Assembly: GCA_040285825.1 (NCBI GenBank)
Contig: JAUPSS010000004.1
Location: 1,716,550-1,780,549 of the forward strand
Reading direction: 5' to 3'
Length of the DNA stretch: 64,000 nucleotides
DNA from: Eukaryota sp. TZLM1-RC
Taxonomy: Eukaryota > Protista > Metamonada: BaSk clade
Shown here: positions 12,450-24,612 of the stretch, piece by piece
Layout of the letters: each line of letters starts with the position of its first letter
Numbering within the stretch: the first letter of the stretch is position 1
Made by a program: the position numbers and the translations under genes
Notes under the pieces: generated by a model
The model's input: only the letters and a program-made list of their open reading frames with translations
Database searches by the model: none
Told to the model about the DNA's origin: nothing

Positions 12450-13330
12450 TCACAAACATCCAGTAAAAAATTTGGAAAAGCTGATAGTTTCTACTGATAG
12501 TTTTCCGTTTATTGAAAATGGAAGAGCAATAAAAACAAGTTGTGTGTTTCTATCAGCATTAGCTTCTTCTATATCTTTGCTGTATTTTCTATGTTTTTCT
12601 CTCACTTGTCATCATAAGTATCTACATGACTCAGTTTTCTTCTTTGAACCAAGATGTTATACGTAACATGACAGGAGACAAAGTCAAGTTAACACAATTT
12701 AAGGCATTTGACGTAAAGTAAGCTGTCATGAATTAGAACAAATATAGGTTTCTTTCAATAGAAGTTAGACAATTGGAATATTCTGATATAATCTTATTTT
12801 TGCCACAAACGCTTCATTATCAGCACATAGCCCAAACCGTCGTGGCACAATGGTGACAAAAAGTGAGGAATCTGATGACTTATTCTCACAAACACCATTT
12901 TCCAATAACAATGAATGAAGATCTTGATCTACAACAGCCGAGCTGCTTAAAAAATTAAAAAGATCATCTTCATACATTTTGGTCACTCGTTTTTGTAATG
13001 TTCGAAGTGTGTATTTTAAATCCAAATATTTTTTTAGGTATACTGCCATTGATTGATTGAAGGAAAACATCAATTCAATTTTTCAGTATCAATCTTTAAA
13101 ATTTCTTCATTTAATGCAAAAATAGTTTTTTGCGTTGTCATTGATAAATCCTTCCAATCAGCAAATATTTCTCAAAACTCAAATATGGCACCTCTGCATC
13201 CACCAATAAAAGCACATGAGGTAAGAATTGAGGCTTTCTGTCCAATCTAAACCACCATGTTGTGGACTTAGATAAGCAAGATTAGAAATTTGGGACTTTT
13301 ACATCCTGGTACTTCAACACTTTGGTACAC
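12450..13330 (-). mobile_element. degraded non-LTR retrotransposon 3' fragment (family B, RLE)
   Basis: DNA similarity to 28429-29045 (the IAFPFSINGRLS region) and a GGL-type post-RT motif. Confidence 0.65.
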
Positions 13331-13593
13331 AATTCATTTGTAGTTTTGGTTTTGTGTACATAATTATAAAATCCTCTTTCACCACGCCACTTCTTTCACC
13401 AACACTATTCTTTTTACCAACACTTGAACGAACACTATAATAAAACATGAGTCGATAATATTTTATTTTGGAACTATTAGTTATGTGGTGAGTATTAGCA
13501 CTTTTAGTTCCAGTTTAAATTACCTATAATACTACAGTCGCTAATTATTATATTATTATATTATATAAATATTTTTTTATAACTGAAATCTAT

Positions 13594-15895
13594 CTAGAAT
13601 TCAATATCCTCCAAACAAGTTTCACTATTACTAAACCTACTCACAGAATTACGTTCATATTCTACACCAATAGCTAAAAGTGCCTTTGAAATCATTGTTG
13701 GAATAGACTTGTAAATGCAAAAAATAAATTCTATTAAATAAAAAAATAAATAAAAGTAAATTCTATTTAACCAGAAAGTGGAATTCATTGTTTTACCAGA
13801 CCTATTCAGTAACACTATTTTCAAATTTTCAAAAAAGTGTAACCCTGAAGGTCCAATATTGCCAAAAAGAGAAATTGCAAACGGCACAAACTGATATTTC
13901 ACATGTTCCACTCTACCTAACTGTGCCAAAGGTTCTTCATATTTTTTATCTTCATTTTTTTGGCATTAGATAACGGCGAATCAGCGGAATACACTAAACG
14001 AGCAGCAGAATTTTTGCAAACATCAACTGAGACAACATCTACAACATTGAGAACACCATCGATCCCTGGAGCTACTAAATCTGCCCTTCTTTTACCAAAG
14101 GAATCATCAGTTTGATCTGAAGACAGCTTACGAACTAGTGGCTCAATAAATGCCTCTATAATGGAACTTTTGCACGTGGCATATAATTGATCACGAACTG
14201 AGTCATGAACAATTGAGCGATAAGTTATAAAATACTTACAGTTCAAAATATGGGAAAGCGTAACAACACTCTTGCAGCGACAAATTAAATCATTTGGTAA
14301 AGAACAAGGCCATAGAAAACATCTCATTCTCATTGCAGTGGTCCATTGGTGATCATTGAGTAGAAGGCCATAAATGTTGGGAATTTGGGAGATTAGGCAA
14401 CTTGAGCAACTGTCTTCAAGATCAATCAAAAAGTTTGCAAAAACGGGATTTTTTCTTGAGCCAAGCCAAGATGTACAATATAATTCAAGTTTTCTAATAC
14501 TTTCAAGATTTTTTTCTGCAATTTCGCAAAAGTCAGTGGTAAGGAGAGCAAGCTTCTTGGAGGAAGTTCCACAATATCAGAGGGGAAACATTTAGACCAA
14601 ATATTGGGTGAAAGAGTTTCAATTTCCTGTTGCAAAGAAATAAGATAAGAGCTGCCACAATTTTCAATGAGATCAATTTTTTCAGGAAAACGATTCGCAA
14701 ATTCATAAATAAATTTTTTACCACCTCCAATAAAGGCAGCTTTACAAAGGTAGCTTAATTTATGAAAATCAACACCTCCAAAATTTGTACCACAGAAAAT
14801 GTGACTTCGTAACTGATGCATCAGATGCATCAATTTCCAATAATGTTGCTAAATACTTGGTTCTTTGTTCATTAAAAATTCGACAAAACTCCAAAGAAAT
14901 TGGTGGTGATGTTGATCTCAAAATAAGAGTAAACTTTGCAGAATGACAAATTTTTAGGAAAGAATTTCCAATGTTTCTCAATATTTAAATTTTCTATTGA
15001 TTCTAATTCATTTCCAAATTGAGTCAACAGAGTCGAAAGTTGGCCTTTGACTTCTTCAATATTTCCGTGATAACAACCCAAAAAACGAAAACCAGACTGA
15101 TCATAATTGATAAAGGGGACATTGACATCATTAATGAAAAAATCAATTGGTTCATGGCCAATAATCAAACATTCGGAGATATTCAATGAGAGACCAATAA
15201 CTTCATAACGCTGTTGAATAAAAGTTGCTATTTGTTTGAGAATTGTAATAGGAGCAATTACAGAAATGTCATCCATATATGCTATAATATCTATTTCTGG
15301 GAATTTTTCTTTTAATTCGCACATTAAAGGATGAATGGCCAGACAAAAGAAAAAAGAACCAAGTGGATCGCCTTGTTTAACACCTGAAGAAGGAAGCAGG
15401 TCAAAGTTTTCATAGACCAATGTTGATGATTTTCCATAAAATGAAGAGAAAAAAGACTCAACTTCAGGAAAATGCTTTCGCAGCAAAGACAAAATGGAAA
15501 AACGTGATATAGAATTAAAAGCATTCTTAAAATCTAAATTGAAGATGTAATTAGAATCACTAGAATTAAAAAACACATCAGACGAAAGAGCAGCAGATGA
15601 AGCACCATCAATTGTCTTAATTCCAAATTGAAATGGACTGAAAAATTCTTTGGTTTTTTCTCAATTCTATTAAAAACAAGAGACGCAAGAATTCTTGAAA
15701 ACGATTCTCCAAATGCAATTGGACGGATTTTGAATTGAATTTTTTGGAGGGCAATTAAGCGAGCACTGCTCATCTCAAAAGGGACTTTAATTTTTAACGT
15801 AAGAAGATTGTTAAAAAAAAGAACAAGATCATCAGCAATTTCAAAACATTGTCCAACAGCTGATTTGATCATGTCAAAATTTAACAAAGACGGCC
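13594..15895 (-). mobile_element. non-LTR retrotransposon (RT + CCHC + restriction-like endonuclease; CRE-like), frameshifted
   Basis: IRPIAFGE, LDFKNAFN, GVKQGDPLG, YMDD, CRC...HILNC, RRADL...VDV. Confidence 0.9.
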
Positions 15896-17479
15896 TATAA
15901 ATATTATTCCCTAGTATTTACACATATTATTATCAACCATGCACATTCAAAACAGTGAAGGTTCAGAGATAGGTTATTAACCAGAAAATCTGCTTTCTCA
16001 AGAGTCCGAAGCGGAATTCAAGGGGACAGGTTTCACTCATAGCAGCGTGGATGTCTTCAGACTCATCATCGTATCAGACTACATTAATGTAAAATTGGTC
16101 AAAATCAATCTCTGCAAGGAAGCCATGTTGACTAACATTACAAGTGTCTTCAATGCAGTTTCAATTGGAGATCATTGAGTTCTAAAATCATCTGCTCATT
16201 AGACTTTAGAAGTTCATGTATATCAGGAGTAGGTTAGACTGGAGTAGATCAAGATTGGAGTGAGTTGATTCGTAGAGAGTGAACAAACGATACCAAAGGT
16301 GTAAGGGTGTACATGGAAAACTGATGGAAATACGAGTGAAGACAGGAGGAACATCTTCTATGGAGGAAAGATGAGTAGAAAGAGGGTGAAGAGGGCGAAG
16401 TAGAGAGACAAGGTAATAATAAGCATTCAGATGTCTAGATGTCTAGTTTCAAGACAAGAAAGACAGCTGAAGGATGTGACGCAGCAGAAGTTGTTGGAGC
16501 AGCTTGGGATGGACGATCTGCAATAGACTCGAGTTTAGACTCAAGAATAGCCAGTAGTGCCTCTACAGACTGTCTTTTGTTAGTCTATTTTATGGGATCC
16601 AATTTTTTATAGTCAATATGTGAGCGCACTAAACGAAACCTATAATCGCTATAATAGAAAAGCAAACAGTTCCACAAAGATCCATGGCGAACTCAGATAT
16701 AGTTGAACGAGGAGCAAAAAGTTCTTTGTCAAAGAGGGAAAGAAATGGGAAGGAAGAAATGGGTGTTGTGACTTCCTTTGGTAACATGTTTGTACTGAAT
16801 AATGGAATTAAATTGTGAAACTTTACGAATTTTTTGAATATACAAAGACCCTTGATTAAACGAACAATTGCTTTGACTAACAACAATTTCATCAAATTTC
16901 ACATTAGTTTACTATTTTTAGGAAAGAAAATGCTTAAAGCATGTCCAATATCTATTATAAATGTGTCCATTCCTCAGTTTGTCCATGTTTTATTGTTTTG
17001 TGGATGCACTACGCACTAGTAGGCCTCTACAATTACTAGTGGATGCAAAGTGCCGTTAGTTGCAAGGCAACAAACAGCAGCTTCTTGCTGATGGTCTTGT
17101 GTCGTGGAAGCTTAACTTCTTCCGCTCGTATGCAGTAGGTCATAACTGCCCTGCACCAACCACTTATGCTGGCTCTTTACTTCACAACAACGCGAACTTT
17201 CGGGAACCTCTTCTTTCTTAGTTCAACACACACAATCTTATGGCTCTCACTCTGTTTAACTCCTTGGTTGGAGATCTGCAAAGGTACAACACCGAAAAGT
17301 GACTCTCAATCAAGGGAATTGTACCTACATCTTTCGTTGAGGATTAACAAAGCAAAACCACACCTTTGCACATACCTTTAGACGACAAAGACTCACCCAT
17401 GTCGCTAGTTTGAAGCACGCTTTTGTTTCTGTTTCCATGTGGGTTCTCAACCATTTTATCTCCAAAAACACATCGCAAA

Positions 17480-19590
17480 CAATTTTGAAAATACGCCCAA
17501 TTGCTGTGAGTGAATCTTTTTCTCGTTTGCTAGCATCAATTGTCTTCGATCGTGTCAAAGACAAAGCTTCTACATTTTTGAATCCTCATCAATTTGGAAT
17601 CAAAACAATTGATGGTGCTTCTGTTGCTGCTATTGCCTCTGATACCTTTTTTAATGCAGAGGAAAATAATTTTATTTTTAATCTCGACTTTAAAAATGCT
17701 TTTAATTCTGTAAAGCGAGGAGCAATTTTTGAAGTAATTAAATCTGATTTTCCTGAGCTATCAAGTTTTTTCTACCATTTTTATGGGAAAGAATCAGATT
17801 TAATTTTTAATTCACTTGGTCTTAAATCATCTTCTGGAGTGAAGCAGGGAGATCCTTTAGGCCCATTATTGTTTTGTTTAGCTATTCACAAAACTTTAAA
17901 TATCATTAAGCAAAAATACCCTTCTATAAAAATAGTTGCTTATATGGATGATATATCCTTGATTGGTTCATTTGATTTACTAGAATTGGTTGCTCAAGAA
18001 ATTGCCGATTCATATGAAAATATTGGGCTTCATCTTAATGCCAGCAAATGCCTTCTGATTGGCTCTTCTGCTCAAAACCTCGTGATAAACGATTCTATTA
18101 TCCTTTTTACTAATTATAGTAGTGATGCTTTTAAGTTCCTTGGTTGTTGGTTAGGAAATGTGCCTCAAATTCAGAATGAATTGCAAGTTATTTTGGAAAA
18201 AATGAAAATTGAACATGATTCAATTTCTTCTTTAGATATAGAAAAGCATATTAAATTTTTCATGCTTAAAATTTGCTACACTGGGAGAATAACCCACATT
18301 TTGAGATCTTGTGCTCCTTCCATAGCATTAGATTTTTGTCGTTCATTCAATTCATTGAGAACAGAATTTTTTGCTGATTTATTGGATGTAGAACCAGGAA
18401 TGTTGAAAAGTGACTTATTTTCTTCAGCAAATTTGGGGGGTATTGGATTTACTAAATCATCAATTTTGTGTCAATCAGCATTCTTGGGTGGTGGCAAAAA
18501 TTTTATTTATGAATTTTCTCGTAGATTTCCTGATGATTCTCCTCTGTTAGTCCCCAATTGTAGTCCCTATTTGTATGAGTTATCTTGTGAACTTGAAAAA
18601 TTACCGCCACAAATTTGGACCAAATGTTTTCCTCAATCAATTCAAGAAATTCCAAACCGATCTCTATTTAATTTATTGTTTTGCTGTAAAAAGCTTCAAC
18701 AAAAATTGCCAAAGATTTTTGAAAGCTTGGATTTTGATGTTAGACTTGGCTTGGCCAAGAAAAAGAATCCCGCTTTTGCAAATCTTTTACAAGATATGTG
18801 TGACAGTACTTCTTCTGCCTTAGTAACAACAATTCCCCATGTTTATGGTAATATCTTAACTGATTCTGCTTGGACTCTGAATATGAGATTTCGTTCCTTT
18901 ATCTGGCCTGATAATTTACCTCATAATTTAATTTGTAAATGTTCTCGAGAAATTACAACTACTCATTTGTTAAATTGTAAACATTTTATTACTTTTAGAA
19001 GCAAGGTTCATGATGCTGTAAGAGACCAGTTATATTGTATGTGTAAATCTCATAGAATTGAATCCTTCTTGGAACCTCTATTGTCAAATCTGTTTGATGC
19101 TGAAGATGATTTTCATAAGAATAATAGAGGTGATGTTATATTACCTGGATTAGATGGAAGTTTCATTTTATTGGATGTAATGTCTGTTGATCCTTGTAAT
19201 GCCTCAAATGAAAGGCTAGTTAATTCTGAAATTCATAATCCCCTTTCAAATGCTGAAAATTTCAAATTCAAAAATACAATGAACCTTTGTCCAAATTGGC
19301 CAGTCTACAGCATGCAAAAATACAATTTGTATCCATTTGTATTTTCCCTTTTTGGTTCACTTGCACCAACTGCGTTACGTTTTTTGGATGATTTTGAAAT
19401 GATTGTAAAGAGAAGAACTGGCAGAAATTTCAACAGATTGTTTTGGCAAAACAGAATTGTGTTTTCTATTTTTAAGGGGATGTTGAAGATGGTTTCTGAT
19501 GCTTTGCTTTCTCTTGGATCTCACTATGAGAGAGTTGCATCTAGTGTTTTTGTTCTGGGAGAGATGGATTTTTTAGATGTTGATTTATAG
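17480..19590 (+). mobile_element. non-LTR retrotransposon RT-RLE ORF, 5'-truncated (family A)
   Basis: IRPIAVSE, PHQFGI, LDFKNAFN, GVKQGDPLGP, YMDD, GGIG, CKC...HLLNC, RGDV...LDV. An aataaa follows the stop. Confidence 0.93.
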
Positions 19591-19609
19591 GTTTTGAATA
19601 AAATTCAAA

Positions 19610-20640
19610 TTTTGGTGGAAAAAAAGTTGAATCAAATGTATGTATGTTGTTGGATTTTAGCAATGCATTTAGCTAAAACATTTATTTATTTTTCAGGACA
19701 AAAGCTAATGACTACACTATGTCTTCAAATGGTGATAGTGTCCGTATAATTTTATCACCCCATTCAAACGCAACAAAAGAGAGTTTGTCTGGAGAAGCCT
19801 TGGCTGATAAGAGATCCAGAGGGAAACTTGATTACTACGAAACCACTCGGATTAGAAAACATACCCTGCAAGCCCAGGTTGAACGGCCAAGACCTCACCA
19901 GAAAGCAAAAGCTACTGAGTGGCAGGCACCTGATGACGAAATGGAAAAGGTGTTCTAGGCCATCAACCACTCAAATCTATGTGGTTCCAGCATTGGAACA
20001 CGTTCAGGGCCAACTGTATCCAATATCTTCTTGGCATCAAAGTGACGAAAAATCAATCACTCCGCTTCACTGACCCACTCATCAATAGATGTTTATGACG
20101 AGCAGAAATTGAACCATTATCTGCTTGAAATATCAACTATCGGTGACTATAAGGACTATGAAGGTAATAACGTAAGACGATCATTGCTAAAGCAGCAATT
20201 ATATCTGAGTGGTCGAAAAGCATTGAGGAGAAACACATTGGACTTCTTTAAGAAAACAGTAAAGATTCAGCTCCATTATCAATAAAGTGAAAAAATTTGC
20301 AGACGGTCGAGAAGCAAAACTGTGGTTTGGCAATGGAGGTGGTGGTACATCACGTCAAAAAGTGAAAACACCACGTAAGGCGTTTCTCAAGTTGTTACAA
20401 TGTTCATTTGCTAATGTGAAGATCGGAAATGAATATATGACATCTGCAAAGGTAAACTGCTGCAAGATGCCACACCAAAAGATCTATCGGGAAGTTGATG
20501 GTGAAATTAAAGTTCACAACACCTATTTCAGTTGTCCGGAATGTAATCAAGTATGGTCTAGAGACATTTCTGCATCACTAAATCAGCTAGAAATTGCAAT
20601 TTGTGAGCACTACTATGGAACAAGACCAGAAGCATTCTAG
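19610..20640 (+). pseudogene. Fanzor1 (TnpB-like RuvC nuclease) C-terminal remnant, family Fz-1
   Basis: SNGDSVRIIL (TDG-like), WFGNG, GNEYMTS (RuvC-II), CC...CPEC zinc finger, WSRDISASLN (RuvC-III), GTRPEAF. Contains stops and frameshifts; RuvC-I is not recognisable. Confidence 0.8.
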
Positions 20641-20742
20641 AGACCACAAAGAAACTAGCTCCAAAGCTACGAATTGTTCTAGAGGAGAAATAGGCTCACT
20701 GAGATTGGTGGCCAATTATTCGAGGATTCTAGAACGTCTGTG
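20633..20742 (+). ncRNA. candidate Fanzor omegaRNA scaffold / element right end
   Basis: Directly follows the Fanzor C-terminus. Stems TAGCT/AGCTA, GTTCTAGA/TCTAGAAC, CTCA/TGAG and ATTGG/CCAAT. A second copy lies at 33397-33506. Confidence 0.6.
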
Positions 20743-20870
20743 GACGATCTCACCAAGAATGAAAGTTCTTGGAGTAAGATTGAATGATGCTTGCCGAAAG
20801 TATGCATTTCAAATAAAATCCACAGAACTCATTTCATCTTGCATCAACTCATCCTTAATACTATTATCAC

Positions 20871-22201
20871 ATGGACAAAAACATTGAAATCTATCGTATC
20901 AAGCGTCTTGTTAAGCTACTTTCTGACGCTCGGGGAGCAGGAACCTCTATGTATGCAAATCTATATTCTCTAATCCCATGATCTCTCTCATCATTCCTCA
21001 TTCTGCTGATTCCATCTCCAGAGTCACCAAAATGCTCAATGATGAAATTGGTACAGCTTCGAATATCAAATCTCGCGTCAATCGTCTTTCTGTCGTCTCT
21101 GCTATCACTTCAGCTCTAGGACGCCTTAAACTTTACAACAAAGTTCCCAAGAACGGACTAGTCGTTTATTGTGGAACCATTCTAACTGCAGATAACAAGG
21201 AAAAGAAAGTCACCATTGACTTTGAACCATTCAAGCCAATCAACACTTCTCTATACCTTTGTGACAACAAATTCCACACAGAAGCCCTTTCCGAGCTATT
21301 GGAATCTGATGATAAGTTTGGTTTTGTGGTCATGGACGGTAAATGTACCCTTTTTGGTACTGTTGCCGGCAACACCAGGGAAGTTCTCTACACTCTCAAT
21401 GTAGATCTGCCCAAAAAGCATGGCAGGGGAGGCCAATCTTCTGTTCGTTTCGCCAGATTGAGAGTGGAAGCCCGACAAAACTACGTCCGGAAGGTGGCTG
21501 AGCAGTGCATCCATCACTTTATTACCAACGAAAAAGCTAATGTAACTGGTCTTGTATTGGCTGGTTCTGCTGAATTTAAAACTGACTTACAAGATTCACA
21601 ACTGTTTCATCCAAAGTTAGCCGAGAAGGTCGTTGCTGTGGTTGATGTTTCTAATGGTGGTGAAACGGGTTTTAACCAAGCTATTGAGTTGGCTTCTGAC
21701 GCATTGTCCAATGTTAAATTTGTTCAGGAAAAGAAAATTATCAAATCCTTTTTCGACGAAGTTGCAGTTGATTCAAAGAAGTATGTCTTTGGTGTTCGTG
21801 ATACCATGGCTGCTTTGGAGATGGGTGCGGTCAGTACTCTTTTGGTTTGGGAAAACCTTAGTGTCAATAGAATCACTTTAAGAGATCCTCAAACTCAAGA
21901 AGAATCTGTTCTGTACCTAAACCCAGAAGAGGAAAATGATCGATCTCACTTTGAAAATGCTCAAGGTGTGGAGTACGAAGTCATTGATACAGAACCACTT
22001 TCTGATTGGTTGATCAATAACTACAAAAAGTTTGGTTTAGATTCATTAGATTTTATTACTGATAGGTCCAGTGAGGGCGCTCAATTTGTCCGTGGGTTTG
22101 GTGGTTATGGCGGCATTCTAAGGTACTCTATTGAGGCTCTAGGTCTCGAATACCTTGATGAAGATAGGTTTGAGGATTCCGATTTGGATGATTTTTGGTA
22201 G
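20871..22201 (+). CDS. eRF1: eukaryotic peptide chain release factor 1
   Basis: [26 protein letters not shown]|MISLIIP, TASNIKS, YLCDNKF, GRGGQS. Requires removal of 20951-20979 (a GT...AT intron). Confidence 0.96.
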
Positions 22202-22389
22202 TTTTAAAATAAATTATTAGGCTGTTTGTGTCCAACTTGTTAGTTCAAAGTGAATATCTTTTACTTCAAATTAACATTGTCAGTTTGTTGGTACCAGAAA
22301 GAACGGATCAGATTTGAAAAAATCAGAACAATAGAACCAATGTTTAGCAATTGTTGTTCAACTATTGAAGTGTGTACGTCGAAACTGGT

Positions 22390-24285
22390 GGGTCTTGCTA
22401 GTTTAAAATCTCTTTTCTTTTAATAAAACTTTGCGTGCAAATCATGAACAAAAATTTTACAAGACTAAGATGTGTCATGAAGCTTCTTTATTGCTTCAGT
22501 CTTTTCTTCTGAATTTTCCGTTGCCATCTAGAGCTTTAGTGGAACAGGATGTATGGTGTCTTTTTATGACTGCCATCACCACTGGTTCTTTTCCACAGCC
22601 ATCCACCTCTAAAGGCCAACGCCAATTACTCCATATCTTATACAGTGGATTTTTTCCTGAATGCCCACAAGACAGGTCTCCTGTTTCTACATGGGAAAAT
22701 TCTTTAGTTCCTTATAGAAATTCATTCAATATTTTCCTCAATGATTGGCTGCAGTCACAGAGATATAATTGTACTAATAGAAAAGGACTCTTTCTTTACC
22801 TTGCTTCTCGGGCTCGTCAATTGGCATCTAATATTAAGACAAGTCAACTTAAAATTTGTCAATCCTGGACAAAAAACTTCATTCGTGCTCATTGTAGAGC
22901 CATGGATAAAGCGAATGTCTTTTACAATTATCTTCTCTCTCTTATACCAGATGAACCCTTAGCACCTCTAGAAGCTAATGCAATAACAGAAGGTAAGCAA
23001 CCCGATGAAGTAGTTATTCATTCTATTCTCGAACCCTACATCAATTTCCATTTTAATAATACAAGAAACAGATTCTTTCTATCAAATGCATGTAGTTTTA
23101 TCTTGAATCTTTTTAACAGATTTCCTGCTACTGCTACTTTATTATCTTCAAGTGATAGAATCCCCTTTTTATTAAGGAAAATTGGTGAACTTTTTTTCTT
23201 TAATCTTAAAATTTCACAACACTTACTCACTTTTTTTTCTCATTTGCATTGCTGGAAGAAATTTGAAATAATACCTTGAGCTTCTCATAAAGGTTCTAAA
23301 ATTCTTGAGGTTCCTTACGTGTCTTCCACTCTGTGAAAAAATTTCCACTTATTGAAGGATCATCTTCCAAAACAAAGTTCATCAAAAATACATGTCTGAA
23401 ACGAATATTTAAACAAAGCTCTTACCAGAAATTTAATATCAACAGAAAAAAGTTTGAACAAAAGGAAAAAATAATGACTCAAAAAACACAGATGAGCTGG
23501 ATGAATCACCAAAGATGAAAAGAAGATTAAAAAAAGAAATGAAACGTGACCCTCATGCCAACAAAACCAGAGAAATACAGTTGAAGGGTACTAAGAACAT
23601 TCGCCGTCAAAGACGCAGACACCCAGTCGAAATTGTACCTGAAAGACCCCTTATCGGCATTGATCTGGAACAATCTAGATTATGTGGTTACTTCTTGAAT
23701 GATAATCATGTGGAGTTATCCCTTGTACAACTGGCAGAATACATGACAGAACCTTAATCTAGTGAACATTCTCCCAACCAATATTCCGTTCAAAATTTCA
23801 ACCAATATTTGAACCATTGGAAGTAGGTCAGGAGGAAAATGTACTTGAAAAGTAATCGCCAGAAATGGAAAATAATTTAATTTGATAACCGCAGACGAAA
23901 AGAGAGACGGTTCCGAGAGAGTCTCAACAAATTTCAAAGGCTGGCTGGACATCCTGAAAAACTCTATCTTGCCGTGGGTTCTGCTAACTTTCCGTCTCAT
24001 TGCCGAAAAGTCAATCGATATGGATCAGCAAGGGCTTTCAGAAAATGGTTGTGTTATCAAAAGGACGGGAAGCACTTGTCAACCAGTGAATTTAATACAA
24101 GCAAATTGTCCCGTTGTTGCATGGACGAGAATATTCAAGCAGGCTCATGGCAGATGTGTGTTTGTGCTGAGGGTCAAATAGTATATGACAGAGATAATTG
24201 CGCTGCAAAAAATATTCAAATCAAGAAGACAGCGGAATTGTGGCCGGAAAGATACATTTGCCCAGAAGCTCTGTTTAGGAGATGA
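22390..24285 (+). pseudogene. near full-length Fanzor1 pseudogene, family Fz-2
   Basis: SLKSL...MCHEASLLL N-terminus, LIGIDL (RuvC-I), AVGSANF, SEFNTSKLSRCC (RuvC-II), YDRDNCAAKNI (RuvC-III), CPEALFR. Several stops and frameshifts. Confidence 0.8.
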
Positions 24286-24612
24286 ATAGGGAACCTGAGC
24301 ATACAGAAACTAAAACTTTTGAAAAACTTAAATTTTATTTTGAGTTTTTTATTTCATTTTTTATTTTTTTCAAAACGGTTGAGGCCGATGTACAAGCGCC
24401 TTAGTAGCATTTGGTAGATCAAATTCAGATACGTCAAGTCGTGAGGCTTTGTTCTGTGAAAGCAGTAGGTGTATTTAAGTGAGGTAGCCCATTGATGAAC
24501 ATCATGATTGTTTTTGTCAAATGACGCTACATGTCTCTCACAGCTTGTGAGTAGTTATTGAGAAAGTTTAATACAGGAGTGAATTTCACACAGGAATACA
24601 TCTTCACTCCAC

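Noticed and set aside
15960-17400. Degenerate coding-like sequence between two divergent non-LTR elements
   Set aside because: Probably retroelement 5' remnants, but no motif is strong enough to call.
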